From: Eledone cirrhosa
Taxonomy: Eukaryota
DNA: 64,000 bases
Assembly (NCBI GenBank): GCA_964016885.1
Contig: OZ024740.1
Coordinates: forward strand, 264,306,001-264,370,000
Direction of reading: 5' to 3'
In this document: one piece after another, positions 57,947 to 64,000 of the stretch
Layout of the letters: every line of letters starts with the position of its first letter
How positions within the stretch are numbered: position 1 is the stretch's first letter
Translations under genes and position numbers: made by a program
The notes under the pieces: model-generated
What the model was told of the DNA's origin: nothing
Seen by the model: only the letters and a program-made list of their open reading frames with translations
Database searches by the model: none

Positions 57947-57953
<7 letters not shown>
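57535..57953. mobile_element. MITE/fold-back element with ~100-bp terminal inverted repeats
   Basis: 57535-57637 is the reverse complement of 57851-57953; TA-flanked. Confidence 0.7.
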
Positions 57954-57988
<35 letters not shown>

Positions 57989-58178
57989 TGTTTGACCCGA
58001 ATTACTTGGTCGTTTTTTGGGGGTCTGTGCGGATGATTAGTTTAACCACTATCTCAGTGTGTTTGGCCTTTAACGTATGTTGTAGCTCTGATTCATATGA
58101 ATCATCGATCGCTTGATACACATCTCTGAAGTTGTTTTTCGTTAATTCCTGAGCTGAAATACGATTCTCGCTAATTTA

Positions 58179-60210
<2,032 letters not shown>

Positions 60211-60377
60211 TATTACTCCAAGTGTTTACAACATAGGAATTACGGCATACCCGCAGCATCACTATGAAAACGCCTTGTTGAGTCAAACCAAACCAAGCGT
60301 TAATATCATCCACTACCTGGAATACCATAACTGGACTTTACCTAAGTGGACTGCATTTAACTACTATTTGTTACCCC

Positions 60378-60902
<525 letters not shown>

Positions 60903-60903
<1 letters not shown>

Positions 60904-61320
60904 AGAAATATATATCATGCAATAAACAATTATGATGATTTAATCACAACTTAACTACCATTATATATATATATATATATATATATAATGGTAGTTAAGA
61001 TGTGATTAAATCATCATAATTGTTTATTGCATGATATATATTTCTGTTACATGGTTAATCATGTGGCTTTGTCAGATGCTTAATCATTGTGATATACTGG
61101 TGGCCTTGCACGTCCATCCAGTAGTAAAGTAGTTCCTCGCCAAACCACGTTACTACTGGATGGACGTGCATGGCCACCAGCATATCACGATGATTGCATT
61201 ACTGCACGAATGATTGCGGAAGCATCTGACAAAGTCACATAAATAACCATGTAACAGAAATATATATAATGCAATAAACAATTATGGTGATTTAATACCG
61301 TCTTAACCATTATTATATAT
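60903..61320. repeat. Double fold-back element with HHR-like motif at 61222-61272
   Basis: 60903-60962 is inverted to 60986-61045 around (TA)n; 60986-61130 is inverted to 61148-61315. gcau-CUGACAA-...-GAAA-uauaua-UA-augc. Confidence 0.8.
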
Positions 61321-62733
61321 ATTGCCTTTACAGCCTGAGTTCAAATCCCGCCGAGGTTAACTTTGCCTTTCATCCTTACGGGTTCGATAAAATAAAGTAC
61401 CAGTAACGTACTGTTAATTGCTGGCCTTGTGCTTAAAGTAGAAACAATTATTATATATATTGCCGAAAATAATTAAGTGACATAGTCACTACTTTAATGT
61501 TGATAGCGAATGGTTTTCTAATTGTTTTTAATTAAACATACGGTATATTGCCAAATATACTATACATACATTCATGTATACATCACTATTTCAGAGCACC
61601 AATACTAATACCTAATTTCTGCTGGACCGACAATCGCTTTGTATAATCTGTTCCTAATTATTACAAGAAATCTATAAGAATCCAGCTTCTATAATTATCG
61701 GCAGAGACAGGGGAGTGCGTGGTTTTGATAAACGCCAAACAGCGAGAAACAGACTGTCAGCTTCTCTCCATCCCTTTGCCGAAAATAAGTAAGTGAAATA
61801 GTCACTATTTTAAAATTGATAGCGAATGGTCTTCTAAATGTTTTTTAGTAAAACATACGGTATATTGCCAAACATACAATACATTTATTCATATATGTAT
61901 ATATATATAGTAATAATTGTTTCTACTTTTAGCGCAAGGCCAGCAATTATCCCAGTACATTACTGGTACTTTATTTTATCAACCTCGTAAGTATGAAAGG
62001 TAAAGTTAACCTCGGCGGGATTTGAACTCAAATCGTAAAGGGACGTAACTATGCTGGAAAGCATGGCGTCCGGCCCTCTACAGATACCGCCAGGTAATAA
62101 TAATAAATTTGAAGACCAAAATCCAAAGAGGGCTGGATAAGGATAAATATATATCGAATATATAAGAACCGTAGAGCAAATATTTATAAAAATAACAGAT
62201 TAAAGTTTAAGCAAAGTATCGCTGCTTTCACCTTTAACGGGATCTTCTGAAACTAAAAAAGTCAATCTTTGAACGCAGAAGTAAATATTTCAAAAAAACC
62301 TTGCAACCGAAGAAAGACAATAAGACGATACTTTGATTCGTCGAAACGTTCCCTGGCAAAGAACGGAAAGAAGCGAAGAATATACGTCATTATTTGGAGC
62401 GGTGAAAACAATTACACGCAAAGAGAAAACAATCTAAATGGTATAACTGAAGTCGTAGACTAAAATTCTATCTAAGAAACCAAATGATTCTCGGCTTCAG
62501 AGTTAAGAATAAAGTAAATAAAATACAGAGGTAATTGAAATTAAATATATACATACACACATCCATATACGTACAAACTCAAGCATTCGCAAAACATCCG
62601 CCATGGGTATACAAATACTACAAATACAAGCACGTGCACAAAAAAAAACGGACACGCACATACAGAACACACGCAACGCCTGTACTCGCACACATCCGAA
62701 TGTATACACCAAATACACATACAAAATATATAT

Positions 62734-62776
<43 letters not shown>

Positions 62777-63026
62777 GAGAGGTATAGAGATTGTTTTAGC
62801 AAGAAGCTAACGACATTCTATAACAGATATGCGACTATAACGTCAAGATGGGAAAAGTAGTTAACGAAAGATTTAGGAAAAATAACTCAAACTCATCTCA
62901 AAAGAGAATCAGGATATAAATTCATCCACAGAATTTAGTAAAATCCAGGGAAAAATCTATAGACCTTTAACTCATGATAAAACAAAGTCTGAAACACTTA
63001 TCCTTCAATTTGGAATAACATCAAAT

Positions 63027-63107
63027 GCTCTGTATAGTCTTAAAATACTATTTCATGAAAACTTTCAGTGGAGATGGTCACGGTTGGATTTCATTCATCA
63101 GCAAAGC
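63027..63107 (-). ncRNA. Type I hammerhead ribozyme, canonical core
   Basis: gcuuug-CUGAUGA-augaaa...uuucau-GAAA-uagu(auuuuaag)acua-UA-cagagc; all three stems pair. Confidence 0.85.
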
Positions 63108-63655
63108 TCAACAGAAACCAGGGCTCTCACAGTAATATAATCCGAAAAAGGGAGTTCTAAAACTGGCTAGTTCGCCTTCATGTGTATTTATGAAAAAGCA
63201 CATGAGGAAAAAACGGGGCTAGTGACGTCAGGATGGAAGTGAATGTTTATTTACAAGAAATAGCAGTCAAATACATTCTGAAAAAAACTCTACAAAGGAG
63301 TTCAGCAAAATAGCAATAATTATCACAGTTTTTATGAAAAAAAACCTGGATTAGTCACAGATAGTTTAAGCACTCTAGGAAAAGAATCCGAGTATAAATA
63401 TAAATGAGAGGTATAGAGATTGTTTTAGCAAGAAGCTAACGGCATTCTATAACATATATGCGACTATAACGTCAAGATGGGAAAAGTAGTTAACGCAAGA
63501 TTTAGGAAAAATAACTCAAACTCATCTCAAAAGAGAATCAGGATATAAATTCATCCACAGAATTTAGTAAAATCCAGGGAAAAATCTATAGACCTTTAAC
63601 TCATGATAAAACAAAGTCTGAAACACTTATCCTTCAATTTGGAATAACATCAAAT

Positions 63656-63736
63656 GCTCTGTGTTGTCTTAAAAGACTATTTCATGAAAACTTTCAGTGG
63701 AGATGGTCACGGTTGGATTTCATTCATCAGCAGAGC
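63656..63736 (-). ncRNA. Second hammerhead copy (cleavage triplet mutated AUA to ACA)
   Basis: gcucug-CUGAUGA-augaaa...uuucau-GAAA-uaguc uuuuaa gacaa-CA-cagagc. Confidence 0.7.
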
Positions 63737-64000
63737 TCAACAGAAATCAGGGCTCTCACAGTAATATAATCCGAAAAAGGGAGTTCTAAAACTGGCTATT
63801 TCGCCTTCCTGTGTATTTATGAAAAAGCACATGAGGAAAAAACGGGGCTAGTGACGTCAGGATGGAAGTGAATGTTTATTTACAAGAAATAGCAGTCAAA
63901 TACATTCTGAAAAAAACTCTAAAAAGGAGTTCAGCAAAATAGCAATAATTATCACAGTTTTTATGAAAAAAACCGGGATTAGTCACAGATAGTTTAAGCA

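Larger units (their letters stand above)
62771..64000 (-). repeat. 629-bp tandem repeat containing a type I hammerhead (retrozyme-like)
   Basis: Units start at 62771 and 63400, are highly similar, and run off the window end. Confidence 0.92.

Noticed and set aside
61460-61890. ~110-bp direct repeats about 316 bp apart
   Set aside because: No ribozyme core, ORF or TSD found; treated as a local duplication.
62298-62362. gacga..tcgtc-GAAACGTTC motif in the unclassified repeat
   Set aside because: No CUGANGA-like core adjacent to stem II.

Overview
Repeat-saturated, AT-rich eukaryotic DNA. A coleoid cephalopod/Octopus-like origin is inferred from the SINE family and the (TA)n/(CA)n load; it is not proven. 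The window holds one apparently intact L1/Tx1-clade retrotransposon (ORF1 zinc-knuckle, ORF2 APE-RT) head-to-head with a decayed R4/Dong-like RLE retrotransposon in an (AAT)n tract, plus further Tx1, RLE, RTE and CR1-like remnants. It also has at least six Penelope-like (RT/GIY-YIG) remnants with inverted pseudo-LTRs, a non-autonomous Helitron with a spliced STPR-like N-terminal remnant, many tRNA-derived SINE copies, one intron-containing tRNA-Lys(UUU), and candidate host exons at 51.2-53.4 kb. The most notable hidden layer is about 15 hammerhead-ribozyme (HHR) motifs from several unrelated families, found and folded by eye. These include a full type I HHR repeated at a 629-bp period (retrozyme-like circRNA candidate), two families with the U3:A8 core covariation, and HHR-bearing fold-back palindromes. 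All coordinates and folds were read manually; nothing was computed or searched.
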